DNA from: Candidatus Poriferisocius sp. | GTDB lineage: Bacteria; Actinomycetota; Acidimicrobiia; Acidimicrobiales; Bin134 | Direction of reading: 5' to 3' | Length of the DNA: 64,000 bases | Assembly (NCBI GenBank): GCA_965221865.1 | Contig: OZ244918.1 | Span: 1,896,696 to 1,960,695 of the forward strand | Part shown: positions 21,337-30,324 of the stretch, in pieces | Position numbering within the stretch: position 1 is the first letter of the stretch | Layout: each line of letters starts with the position of its first letter | Position numbers and translations under genes: made by a program | Notes under the pieces: model-generated | What the model saw: the letters and a program-made list of their open reading frames with translations, nothing else | Databases searched by the model: none | Told to the model about the DNA's origin: nothing

Positions 21337-21363
21337 CTAAGAACTAGCATAACTAGTTCTTAG
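21337..21363. terminator. perfect 11-bp inverted repeat between convergent amt and the lipoprotein gene (candidate bidirectional terminator)
   Basis: CTAAGAACTAG-cataa-CTAGTTCTTAG read directly. It overlaps the stop of 21360..22109. No clear U-tract. Confidence 0.4.
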
Positions 21364-22109
21364 CCGCATGGGTTGGTGGGCTGCACAGCTGGTAGTCTGC
21401 CTGCACGCAGTGAGGTGACCGTTGAACCATTGGTTTCAAAGGTAACCCGGTAGTCACGGTCGGATTCATCAACTGGCACAAACTCGATAGTGTTGCCGCT
21501 GCCATCGGTGTAGGGGGTTGTTTGCAGTTTATCGCCAAACAGTTCCACAAGTTGAGTTTCGGTGCTACCCACCGCAGCGCCAGAGCGTGTGGAAATTGTT
21601 GGGTTGGTGATGTCCACGCGTTCAATGCGACCGTTATATACGGTAACCACCACACCGTTGGGCCCATTTGCGGGGGCTAGCAAAAAGCAGCTTTCAGTGT
21701 CGGCTTCGGGGGTGCCAGTCCATACTGTTTCAATAGCTTCGGCAGCATCCTCAGGGGTCATGCCAAACTTCATTGCTCCGAGACCGAGAGTGGTTAGCTT
21801 GTCGCTACTATCAAAGGCAGGTTGGCTCAGGTCTGCTGGCTCAGGTACATCTAAGAGTATCGTGTCTTCAGTTGATTGTGTGTCAGAGTCGGAGGGTAAT
21901 GCAGCAGCAGAGGTGGGCGTGGCCAATACCGCTGCCGGGGGTTGTTGTGCGGGTGTGGGCACAGGTGTGGCAACTAGGGTAGGTGTAGTTACTACTGCGG
22001 TGGCAGTAGGTGTGTCGGTAGCTTCTGTGGAGTCGTTATCGTTACCGCAGGCTGCAATAACTGTGATACCTAGAAGCGAGGCGATTAAGTAAGCAATCCA
22101 TCGGCGCAT
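21360..22109 (-). CDS. putative lipoprotein, unknown function
   Basis: Signal peptide with lipobox (LLGITVIAAC|GND), a Thr/Pro/Ala-rich linker, then a globular C-terminal domain. Confidence 0.55.
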   Translation of the reverse strand: MRRWIAYLIASLLGITVIAACGNDNDSTEATDTPTATAVVTTPTLVATPVPTPAQQPPAAVLATPTSAAALPSDSDTQSTEDTILLDVPEPADLSQPAFDSSDKLTTLGLGAMKFGMTPEDAAEAIETVWTGTPEADTESCFLLAPANGPNGVVVTVYNGRIERVDITNPTISTRSGAAVGSTETQLVELFGDKLQTTPYTDGSGNTIEFVPVDESDRDYRVTFETNGSTVTSLRAGRLPAVQPTNPCG

Positions 22110-22204
22110 AGCTGACAGCCTAGTACTAGAACCGTTGCTTAACGAAAACTCACAAGTTAGCTAAATTGTAATCCCGATGATATAGATGCTCAGTGCTAGA
22201 GGTT

Positions 22205-23344
22205 TTAGTAGATGCCAGGGACAATACGGTAGGGGACTCGTTTTTGATATTCACCCCATTTTTCTCCATATTTTTTAGCACAGTTTTTATCGTCGTCTAT
22301 CTGACGGTAGATGAAAAACGGAACCAAATAAACCAGGTACATCCAAGCCCATAAGTTTCCAAAATGACCCCACACCAAAGACAAGGAAAGGCCATAGCCC
22401 CATTCGGCTAAGTAATTGGGATGCCGTGCTAGCCCCCAGAAGCCGTTGCAAAGGATTTTACGTTCACCAGCTTGGATAGTTTCTGGTTTGATGCCAAAAA
22501 ATAAACGTTCAGGCGACCGCTTAAACGTGTATTTTTGCAGGTTGGAACCACGTCCGAATACCCAGCTAGCGATGAACAACACTGAGGTGCCTATCAACAA
22601 CAGAGACTGCCAGCTGCTGACATGGCCTGGATCTGGGTGTGCGGCCATGCCCCACATCGGGACTATAAACAACCAGCCGTAGAAAATGAAGAACCCCCAG
22701 AATACCTTAAATCCGATACGCTCATAGATGATGTCAAACGTGTATAGCTGCACTTGCTCAAACGCGAAATAGTCAAGCACGTAAGCAGTGAAAAATGCCG
22801 CAAAGAAAAACGCTCCTATGTTCACAGTGTTTACAGCATCAAAAGTTTCGTAATGCCAGACCGCTCCCGAGAAGGCATTTAGCGAGAGCATCGACCCGCC
22901 GACGATGTAGGAGTACATTTTGAGATCAACTTTGTTGTTGAAGAACTGCATTTCTTGGACACGTCCAAACCAGAAAGCCAGAAACTTGTTTTTCTCATCA
23001 CCGGGAGGTTGACTGAACACCGCAATAAGAGTTGCGATGATCGCCAGTACTGTACCTCCTGCCACAGCGTAAAGGGATGAGCGGTAAAACCAGTCACGCC
23101 CCATTCCAGTAATCTCAGACCACCACAGCACTTGGGCCACCGCAAACACCAACAAACCGTTGAGCCGGTAAGTGCGGGGTTGGCCTGATTCTGCGTCGAT
23201 GACATAGCCAGTAACACGCCTTGCAGGCAGGATTAAATGCAATATCAAAAAAGCAATGCAGACGAACAAAGGCGTAAGGAAACCTAAAACAGCTTCACCT
23301 GCAGTTAGCTCAACTAAATGCTCTATGCCGAGCGCATCAAACAT
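22205..23344 (-). CDS. ERG4/ERG24 (sterol C14/C24(28)/7-DHC reductase) family membrane protein, paralog 1
   Basis: Polytopic. ..FWFGRVQEMQFFNNKVDLK.. resembles sterol-reductase signature 1. ..ILCNGFWGLARHPNYLAEW.. matches signature 2 (W-G-x-x-R-H-x-N-Y). C-terminus reads ..DDDKNCAKKYGEKWGEYQKRVPYRIVPGIY. Confidence 0.7.
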   Translation of the reverse strand: MFDALGIEHLVELTAGEAVLGFLTPLFVCIAFLILHLILPARRVTGYVIDAESGQPRTYRLNGLLVFAVAQVLWWSEITGMGRDWFYRSSLYAVAGGTVLAIIATLIAVFSQPPGDEKNKFLAFWFGRVQEMQFFNNKVDLKMYSYIVGGSMLSLNAFSGAVWHYETFDAVNTVNIGAFFFAAFFTAYVLDYFAFEQVQLYTFDIIYERIGFKVFWGFFIFYGWLFIVPMWGMAAHPDPGHVSSWQSLLLIGTSVLFIASWVFGRGSNLQKYTFKRSPERLFFGIKPETIQAGERKILCNGFWGLARHPNYLAEWGYGLSLSLVWGHFGNLWAWMYLVYLVPFFIYRQIDDDKNCAKKYGEKWGEYQKRVPYRIVPGIY

Positions 23345-23386
23345 ACAAAATCTCCTAAGCAGTACTTATTTTGCAAGGTAGGAGCT

Positions 23387-24523
23387 TTAGTAAACTCCAG
23401 GAACAATTCGATACGGGACTCTCTTTTTATACTCGGCCCATTTTTCTTCGCCATACTTTTCAGTGCAGCGCTTTTCGTCATCAAACTGGCGCGGGATGAA
23501 GAACGCTGAGATGAATATAACGTATGTCCAAGACCAGAAGTTGCCCAAGTACCCAAATATGAAGGCCATTGAAAGCCCGTAAAGAAATTCGCCGAAGTAG
23601 TTGAAGTGCCTTGCTTGTCCCCATAATCCGCTAACTAATATTTTACGTTCGCCAGCTTGGATGATTTCTGGTTCTATGATGCCGAGGAATTTCCGTTCAG
23701 GCCAGCGCTTAAACGTGTATTTTTGAAGGTTGGCACCGCGTGTGATTACCCAGCCTATGAAAAATAGTGCAGCAGAACCGATTAGCCACAAGTAGAGCAA
23801 GCCGCCCGAAATACCCGGATCTTCATGTGGGGCTAATCCCCAAAGTGGTGGCAAGAAAATCCAGCCCCACCCGAACGATGTACCCCAGAACATCTTGAAG
23901 CCGACGCTTTCGTGGATGAGGTCATAGGTGTAAAGCTGTACTCTTTCAAACACGAAGTAGTCAAAGACATAGAACGAGTTAAGCACTACGTAGAGAACCA
24001 AACCAGGGTTAACGTCATCAACGTTGTCTACGTGCCATGCTAAACCAGACCAAGCGTTGAGCGATAGCATCGTGCCGCCAACAATGTAGCCAGCCATCTT
24101 AATGTCGAAGCGGTTGTTGAAAAACTGTAATTCTTTTGCGCGTCCTTTGTAAAACTCTGCAATCGAGTTTTGATACTCACCTTTTGGTTGGGTAAACACC
24201 AGCAGTGCAGTGCCAATAATGCCAAAGACCAGCCCGCCAGCTATTGCGTACATGGTGGACTCAAAGAACCATTCACGCGGCAAACCAAAGAGTTCAAATA
24301 CCCACACAATGTGTGCTAGCACAAAAACTATTATGCCGTTTAACCTGTAAGTTAGAGGTTTGTTTGTGTCTTGGTTGATGACATAACCAGGAACACGCCG
24401 GGCAGGCAAGACTACGTGTGTAGCGACAAGGATGAGATAAATGAAAAGTGGTGTGAAAAAGCCTAAAACTGCTTTTCCACCGCTCAGGTCAAACAGATGG
24501 TCAAGGCCAAGCCAATCGATCAT
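23387..24523 (-). CDS. ERG4/ERG24 family membrane protein, paralog 2
   Basis: Same architecture as paralog 1: ..FYKGRAKELQFFNNRFDIK.., ..ILVSGLWGQARHFNYFGEF.., ..DDEKRCTEKYGEEKWAEYKKRVPYRIVPGVY. Confidence 0.7.
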   Translation of the reverse strand: MIDWLGLDHLFDLSGGKAVLGFFTPLFIYLILVATHVVLPARRVPGYVINQDTNKPLTYRLNGIIVFVLAHIVWVFELFGLPREWFFESTMYAIAGGLVFGIIGTALLVFTQPKGEYQNSIAEFYKGRAKELQFFNNRFDIKMAGYIVGGTMLSLNAWSGLAWHVDNVDDVNPGLVLYVVLNSFYVFDYFVFERVQLYTYDLIHESVGFKMFWGTSFGWGWIFLPPLWGLAPHEDPGISGGLLYLWLIGSAALFFIGWVITRGANLQKYTFKRWPERKFLGIIEPEIIQAGERKILVSGLWGQARHFNYFGEFLYGLSMAFIFGYLGNFWSWTYVIFISAFFIPRQFDDEKRCTEKYGEEKWAEYKKRVPYRIVPGVY

Positions 24524-24547
24524 ATGTTAATGCCTTTCTTTATTTCT

Positions 24548-25933
24548 TTAGCGTGCTTTTTTGAAGCGCCAGCCGTACATTAAACTGCCGTAAAAGTTGA
24601 AAGAACGTCTTGCTCGTGGGTCGTCAAATGGGTAGTCTGCACCGAGTTGACGTGCTGCAGCGAGTCCAGTAATGAAGCAGGTCTCTTGGGAGTTCACAAG
24701 AGTGTGTGCGCCGCAGTGCCAAGTTCGCCGCTTTCCTTGAATGAAGCGGAACAAATTGACTAGCCAAGTAATATGGCGCACATCGTGGACGATGTGTTGA
24801 AACCACCACTTCTTTACGATCTTGGTTTCGTCGATTGGGCTAATGGCGTTATAGGTTACCAAACAGGGTTTGTCTGAGTCGTAAGCCCAAGGCTGTTGGT
24901 TGTGCATGATGTAGGTGATCTCATAATTGTCTGGTCTAGGGCCGTATTGCTCTATGTAGTTAGAGCGTGTGGTAAGCGGTTTCATTTCGTTGTCGGGCAG
25001 CAGTGAGGAGTCGCTGTGAACCACAGTGTGATTGTGAAGCTCGCTTTCGTAACGAACAGACGAGAGCAGGTAGCGTTCCATAGCGGTGGGTTTGTCTAGC
25101 AGCATCAAAGTTTGGTTGGCGTTGCATGCAAAGATGACCTCGTCAAAGCTCTCCCTAGCACCATCGGAGTCTATTACTACAACACCGGCATGTGAGCGGG
25201 TTACTTTGCGAACCGGTCGTTTCAGATAGATTTTGTCTTGAAAGTTAGCTGATAGGTGTTTGTATATGTTCTGTGTTCCTTGATCCCAGGTTTGCATGGG
25301 TGTGGCCGATTCAATGTCGAAGAACTCTAAGTAGCGGGCAAACAAAGATGCAGGCATGTCGAACACATTTGTGGCCATGAGGAAGTTCACGAACATGGGT
25401 TTGAGAATTTTGTATCTGAAGTCTGCGGAGAAACCACCTCTGTTGAGCAGCGTGCCCATGCTTACGAAGTTGTAAGGATTCAGCAAGTTCAGAGCTTTAG
25501 AGTTGGAGCGAGCTAGCCACCCGAAGCGGTGAATGCGCCGCACAAGTTGCTGAAACTTATCAATTTCAGGTTGTAGCTGTTGGCGTATTGCAGAGTCGAA
25601 GTCGTGGGCGTATAGTTGTCCGTGATATTTTACGCTGTAGTTGAACTTTGTGTCGTAACGCTCAATGCCGAACTGTTGCATTAGCAAGAGTACGTGGTCA
25701 TAGACAGAAGGGATTAGTGCGGTTACTGATATGTCAAACGGGATTGTGCTGCCGTCTTCTTGCGGCATATGAGCTGTTATCGCATTGCCCCCAAGTTCTT
25801 CTTGAGCTTCGTATAGTCGGAAGTCGAAGCGGTCTGGGTGGTGGTTTAGTCCCCACGCGGCCCCAATCCCAGACATGCCGCCACCGATTATGGCGATTTT
25901 GCGTGGGGTGTTTAGGTCATGAACTTCTGCCAC
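24548..25933 (-). CDS. NAD(P)/FAD-dependent oxidoreductase (amine-oxidase-like fold)
   Basis: N-terminal dinucleotide-binding motif IAIIGGGMSGIGAAW..YEAQEELGGN. 461 aa. Same strand as, and upstream of, the two ERG4/ERG24-like genes. Confidence 0.7.
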   Translation of the reverse strand: MAEVHDLNTPRKIAIIGGGMSGIGAAWGLNHHPDRFDFRLYEAQEELGGNAITAHMPQEDGSTIPFDISVTALIPSVYDHVLLLMQQFGIERYDTKFNYSVKYHGQLYAHDFDSAIRQQLQPEIDKFQQLVRRIHRFGWLARSNSKALNLLNPYNFVSMGTLLNRGGFSADFRYKILKPMFVNFLMATNVFDMPASLFARYLEFFDIESATPMQTWDQGTQNIYKHLSANFQDKIYLKRPVRKVTRSHAGVVVIDSDGARESFDEVIFACNANQTLMLLDKPTAMERYLLSSVRYESELHNHTVVHSDSSLLPDNEMKPLTTRSNYIEQYGPRPDNYEITYIMHNQQPWAYDSDKPCLVTYNAISPIDETKIVKKWWFQHIVHDVRHITWLVNLFRFIQGKRRTWHCGAHTLVNSQETCFITGLAAARQLGADYPFDDPRARRSFNFYGSLMYGWRFKKAR

Positions 25934-26033
25934 AGGCTTTTCCTTCTCTGGTGTTGTAATCCAAAGGTTATATGACGAACGGTTGTTCTTCGTTGATTGT
26001 GGCCTTTAGAGCAGCGTAAAATTGTTTGCTGTG

Positions 26034-26106
26034 TAGGCCGCCTGGGACTCGAACCCAGCACCTTGAGATTAAAAGTCTCCTGCTCTACCTGATGAGCTAG
26101 CGGCCC
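26034..26106 (-). tRNA. tRNA-Lys (anticodon TTT)
   Basis: Reverse complement is GGGCCGCTAGCTCATCAGGTAGAGCAGGAGACTTTTAATCTCAAGGTGCTGGGTTCGAGTCCCAGGCGGCCTA. Cloverleaf fold with anticodon loop CTTTTAA. Confidence 0.9.
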
Positions 26107-26148
26107 ACTGTTACCTTAGCGCTTTAACGCAGCAAACATCTTGCTAAT

Positions 26149-26526
26149 ATGAGCAATGTGTTAGATACAGAATTGCTGGCTAAAGATTCAGCGCTACCAG
26201 AATCGTCATTTCAAGAATCGCCACATCAAGACTTGCCGTCCCAAGATTTATCGCCAACTCAGAATTCGTTGTTTGATCGGAGAAACGGATTTGAAACGAG
26301 TGGGATACCGTCCCAAGATTTATCGCCAACTCAGAATTCGTTGTTGGCAGATCCAAGATTGGCGCAGATGGAAAGCGACTTAGCTGATGTAGAAGCCGTG
26401 CTATCTGATTTAGATGATCTCGATGCTCTGCGCCAGCGTGTTGGGGCTGCCTATGATGATGGCAGCATTGCTCATCGTTATGTGTTAGCAGAGTGTGCCG
26501 AAAAATTGGGCGATAAGTTTGAGTAA
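26149..26526 (+). CDS. hypothetical acidic protein with an internal repeat
   Basis: 125-aa ORF. PSQDLSPTQNSL occurs twice. No recognisable family. Confidence 0.35.
   Translation: MSNVLDTELLAKDSALPESSFQESPHQDLPSQDLSPTQNSLFDRRNGFETSGIPSQDLSPTQNSLLADPRLAQMESDLADVEAVLSDLDDLDALRQRVGAAYDDGSIAHRYVLAECAEKLGDKFE
26236..26345 (+). repeat. two identical 38-bp copies (26236-26273 and 26308-26345), spaced 72 nt start to start, inside ORF 26149..26526
   Basis: CCGTCCCAAGATTTATCGCCAACTCAGAATTCGTTGTT read twice. Confidence 0.85.
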
Positions 26527-26565
26527 GCAGTAGCGCCTGTAGATATTGCTAATACAATCTGCTTT

Positions 26566-26802
26566 GTGGCTGTTTTGCGTTTGTTTGCACAAGTCCGAGA
26601 AGTTGTTGGTCTCGCACAAGACGAGGTGCCTGGTGCTACGGTGGATCAAGTGTTAGCTGAAGCTAAAGACCGTTATGGGCCAAACTTTACAGAGCAACTC
26701 AAGGTTTGCAATGTGTGGCTAAACGGTCAGCCAGTTGTAGGTGATGAGGCTGTGAGCGAGTTCGATGAGGTGGCGGTACTTCCGCCGGTGTCGGGGGGAT
26801 GA
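26566..26802 (+). CDS. MoaD/ThiS-family sulfur-carrier protein
   Basis: 78 aa with a beta-grasp-like pattern and C-terminal ..VLPPVSGG (Gly-Gly). Confidence 0.6.
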   Translation: MAVLRLFAQVREVVGLAQDEVPGATVDQVLAEAKDRYGPNFTEQLKVCNVWLNGQPVVGDEAVSEFDEVAVLPPVSGG

Positions 26803-26820
26803 ACATTTGGTGACGGAGCG

Positions 26821-28095
26821 GTGGTAGCCGGATACGATAGGGCTGAGACGCGGTATTGGGCTTCGTCGGATAACGCAGATAATGTTCGCCAAGTTGCCAT
26901 ATTGTCTTTGCACACTTCGCCGCTAGCTCAGCCTGGTGTGGGTGACAGCGGTGGGATGAATGTTTATGTGCGAGAGATAGCCGCAGCTCTTGCTCATAGC
27001 GGGGCAGAGTGCCGCGTATATGTGCGCCGCTGGCGAGACGACTTACCTAAACAAGTAATCGTGGAGCCAGGCGTTACGGTGGTTCATATAGATGCTGGTG
27101 TGTCGGATTTGTCAAAGGAGTATTTATTTGAGGTGGTAGACGAGTTCACTGAAGGTGTTTTAGCCGATTTTCAGCGATATGGGTGTCCTGATGTTATCCA
27201 CTCTAACTACTGGTTGTCGGGTGTGGTTGGGCATCGGGCCAAACATGAGGTGGGGGTTCCGCTGGTTGTTACTTTTCACACGCTGGCTAAGGTGAAGGCG
27301 GCTAGCGGAGACCCTGAGTCGCGAAGGCGCGCAGAGGCCGAGGCTGAGGTGGTGGGATGTGCAGACATGGTGGTTGCATCTTGTGTACCTGAGGCTGCGC
27401 AGCTGCAGATGCACTATGGAGCGTCTCTGAAGAGGATTCAGGTAGCACCTTTGGGGGTGGAGCATGCGCTGTTTTCTCCTGGAGATAAAGCTGCAGCACG
27501 AGCCGCTTTAGGGCTTGGCGGGGGGCCGGTGTTGTTGTTTGTAGGGCGAATTCAACCGCTCAAACGACCGTTGGTGGCTGTAGAGACTTTAGCTAAATTG
27601 CAGCGTTTGGACGCGCGGCTGCTCTTAGTTGGTGGGCCTAGTGGGATTGCTGGACATGATGAGCTAAAGCGGGTGTTGCAGCGCGTGGAAACGCTGGGAT
27701 TGACGCAGCAGGTGATAATGGTGGATCCTGCACCTCATTATCGTTTGTCTACTTACTATCGGGCAGCCGATGTAGTGCTGGTGCCTAGCCGTAGCGAATC
27801 TTTTGGGTTAGTGGCTTTAGAGTCGGCAGCTTGCGGAACCCCAGTAGTGGCAGCTTCTGTGGGCGGTTTACGTTCGGTTGTGGAGCATGGGCGTACCGGG
27901 TTTTTGGTGGGTGATGGCACTGCTGATGCTTTTGCCGAAAAGGTGCGTGAGTTGATTGTAAATCCATTGCTGTGTGCTGAGATGGCGATGAATGCTTCTG
28001 AGCGCGCTAAGAAATATTCGTGGGCTGCTGCGGCTGAATTGTTGCAACAGGCTTATAACAGGGCGCAGTCGCGCGTGCTTGTTGATTGCACATGA
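26821..28095 (+). CDS. mshA: D-inositol-3-phosphate glycosyltransferase (mycothiol biosynthesis)
   Basis: GT4 fold. ..HTSPLAQPGVGDSGGMNVYV.. is the MshA-typical N-terminal motif. C-terminal E-x7-E region (ESFGLVALESAACGTPVVA). Confidence 0.8.
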   Translation: MVAGYDRAETRYWASSDNADNVRQVAILSLHTSPLAQPGVGDSGGMNVYVREIAAALAHSGAECRVYVRRWRDDLPKQVIVEPGVTVVHIDAGVSDLSKEYLFEVVDEFTEGVLADFQRYGCPDVIHSNYWLSGVVGHRAKHEVGVPLVVTFHTLAKVKAASGDPESRRRAEAEAEVVGCADMVVASCVPEAAQLQMHYGASLKRIQVAPLGVEHALFSPGDKAAARAALGLGGGPVLLFVGRIQPLKRPLVAVETLAKLQRLDARLLLVGGPSGIAGHDELKRVLQRVETLGLTQQVIMVDPAPHYRLSTYYRAADVVLVPSRSESFGLVALESAACGTPVVAASVGGLRSVVEHGRTGFLVGDGTADAFAEKVRELIVNPLLCAEMAMNASERAKKYSWAAAAELLQQAYNRAQSRVLVDCT

Positions 28096-28553
28096 CCGGT
28101 TTGTTTAGCCCAGATGAGTTGGTTGACCTTGAGTCTAATATAGACGCGTGGCTGCAAGATCAACTTCATACAAATCCAACAGTGCTAACAGTTGATCGTG
28201 CCCAAGACACACAGCAACGCTGGTATGTGCGGATGGTAGGAGAGGAGAAAGCCACTACCACAGTTTGGTTTACTCTAAGCCAGCGCTTGTTGCACTGTGA
28301 ATGTTATTTCATGCCAGCACCCGAGGAGAACGAAGGGCGTTTGTATGAGTATCTGTTGCGCCGCAATCGCGATCTGACAGGGCTACGTTTTGCGATTGGA
28401 ATCGAAGAAGCCATCTTTTTAGTAGCAGAGTTGCCAGTGCATTCGGTGACAGAAGCTGAGATCGACCGTTTGTTGGGGTCTTATTACGCTTACTCAGAGC
28501 GCTGGTTCCGACCTTGTATGCGTATTGGATACGAATCTAAGTTTCGGGGTTGA
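28086..28553 (+). CDS. YbjN-domain-like protein
   Basis: 155 aa, immediately after mshA as is often seen in Actinobacteria. Weak pattern recognition only. Confidence 0.45.
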   Translation: MHMTGLFSPDELVDLESNIDAWLQDQLHTNPTVLTVDRAQDTQQRWYVRMVGEEKATTTVWFTLSQRLLHCECYFMPAPEENEGRLYEYLLRRNRDLTGLRFAIGIEEAIFLVAELPVHSVTEAEIDRLLGSYYAYSERWFRPCMRIGYESKFRG

Positions 28554-28775
28554 GTGCGTAAGTGCGTATAGGTGTTATATAAGGAGTTAATGTGCATTAT
28601 TGTAGTGTTAGTGTATGAGTATTAGACAACATTTTTTATTTTTTAGTATTTTATATTGTTTTAGTGTGTTTTCTATGGTAGATAAGCTTACATGGGCTTT
28701 TGGTCGGTGGGGGTGCTTGGGGAAGCGCTTTCATCGACCAGGGTCTTCTAGTTGGCTGCAACTGCGGGGGTGACG

Positions 28776-29564
28776 ATGCGTTTGCAGATAATTGGTGGGG
28801 GACGTATGGGTGAGGCGCTGCTTAGCGGGTTGCTTAATGGCCCTTGGGCACCTGCAGCCGAGTTGGCAGTAGTTGAGCAGTCTGTTGATAGATGCGTTGA
28901 ACTGCAACAACGTTTTGATGCGGTGACGGTTATCGCTAGCCCTTTGAGTGAGGTGGATGCTGTTTTGGCTGTTAAACCTAATGATGTTTTGGCTGTTGCC
29001 ACAGATCTTCAAAAAGCTGGTGTAGTGCGGCTGTTGAGCATTGCTGCAGGCATAACAACAGCTTCATTAGAAGCCAAGTTAGGTAGTGGGGCAAGGGTCA
29101 TTCGAGCTATGCCTAACACGCCCGCTTTGGTGGGTGCAGGCGCTTCGGCTATTGCTGCTGGTCGACATTGCGATGCTGATGATCTGGTTTGGGCTAGGCA
29201 GGTGTTAGAGGCGGTGGGCACTGTTGTGGTGTGCGAAGAGCCTATGTTGGATGCGGTGACCGGTTTGTCGGGTTCGGGGCCTGCTTATGTGTTTTGGCTG
29301 GCTGAAACCCTGGTAGATGCTGGCATCAAAGTTGGTTTAGCGCCAGAAATGGCTGATGCTTTAACCCGGCAAACCTTGCTAGGCGCAGCTCGGTTGTTAG
29401 TTGAGTCGGGGCATTCACCTACAGAACTGCGAGCCGCAGTGACCTCACCTGGCGGCACAACAGCTAAAGGAATAGAGGCTCTAGAACAACACAATGCAGC
29501 TAGCGCAGTACATGCCGCAGTGCGCGCAGCCACCGAACGCAGCCGCGAACTAGCTGCAGGCTAA
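28776..29564 (+). CDS. proC: pyrroline-5-carboxylate reductase
   Basis: MRLQIIGGGRMGEAL (Rossmann fold) and ..VTSPGGTTAKGIEALE.. (P5CR signature). Start set to ATG 28776. Confidence 0.9.
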   Translation: MRLQIIGGGRMGEALLSGLLNGPWAPAAELAVVEQSVDRCVELQQRFDAVTVIASPLSEVDAVLAVKPNDVLAVATDLQKAGVVRLLSIAAGITTASLEAKLGSGARVIRAMPNTPALVGAGASAIAAGRHCDADDLVWARQVLEAVGTVVVCEEPMLDAVTGLSGSGPAYVFWLAETLVDAGIKVGLAPEMADALTRQTLLGAARLLVESGHSPTELRAAVTSPGGTTAKGIEALEQHNAASAVHAAVRAATERSRELAAG

Positions 29565-29694
29565 ACAAAATAACTGTCACTGCAAGGTTCTAATATAACT
29601 ATTGTTTACAGAGCCAAGAAACAAGAGCCGTGTTTCACACGGGGGCTTGTAACTGTTCGTTACTTTTTGGGTTTATGGTTGTTATTATATTGTT

Positions 29695-30324
29695 ATGGGG
29701 AAGCGATTGGTGAAGATCGGTGAAGCGGCTAGGTTGATGGGCACTAGTCCGGAGATCATGCGTAAGTGGGATGCGTCGGGTGAGTTGCCTGCGACTAGGC
29801 GAACGCGTGGGGGGACGAGGTATTATTCGGTTGCGGATTTGTTGGGGTCGAGCACGATTGAGACGGCTCCGACTGTGTGTTATGCGCGTGTGTCGTCTCG
29901 GGATCAGGGGGCCGATTTGGATCGGCAGCAGGCGGTGTTGGAGGCGTTTTGTGCGGTTAAGGGTTGGGAGACGGAAACGATTCGTGATTTGGGTAGTGGA
30001 TTGAATTATGGTAAGAAGGGGTTGCAGCGGTTGTTGGAGATGATTTTGAAGCGTCAGGTGCGGCGGGTGGTGGTGACTCATAAGGATCGGTTGTTGCGGT
30101 TCGGGTCGGAGCTGGTGTTTTCTTTGTGTGAGTTGCAGGGGATTGAGGTGGTGGTGATTCATCAGGGGGATCCGCCATCGTTTGAGGAGGAGCTAGCTCA
30201 GGACGTGCTGGAGATTATGACTGTTTTTTCTGCGCGCTTGTATGGGGCTCGTTCTCATAAGTCGAAACGTTTGTTGAGTGTGTTGACCGAGGAAACGCCA
30301 GGCAAGGGTGAGGGTGGTTTGTGA
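29695..30324 (+). CDS. tnpA: IS607-family serine recombinase (MerR-type HTH + resolvase catalytic domain)
   Basis: N-terminal HTH (VKIGEAARLMGTSPEIMRKW), catalytic motif CYARVSSRDQGADLDRQ, and ..VVTHKDRLLRFG.. Confidence 0.85.
   Translation: MGKRLVKIGEAARLMGTSPEIMRKWDASGELPATRRTRGGTRYYSVADLLGSSTIETAPTVCYARVSSRDQGADLDRQQAVLEAFCAVKGWETETIRDLGSGLNYGKKGLQRLLEMILKRQVRRVVVTHKDRLLRFGSELVFSLCELQGIEVVVIHQGDPPSFEEELAQDVLEIMTVFSARLYGARSHKSKRLLSVLTEETPGKGEGGL

Noticed and set aside
21562-22092. 176-aa plus-strand ORF antisense to the lipoprotein gene 21360..22109
   Set aside because: The Ala/Val/Gly-rich translation mirrors the Thr/Pro/Ala linker of the sense gene, which has a proper signal peptide and lipobox.
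26236-26345. Two identical 38-bp repeats, considered as a mini-CRISPR or regulatory repeat
   Set aside because: There are only two copies, both in frame inside one ORF (24-codon period), so this is simply an internal protein repeat.
29635-30178. Minus-strand ORFs (175 aa and 73 aa), rich in Pro/Thr/His/Gln, antisense to the IS607 recombinase gene
   Set aside because: The low-complexity translations are the mirror image of an extremely G+T-rich sense strand. The sense ORF has clear serine-recombinase motifs.
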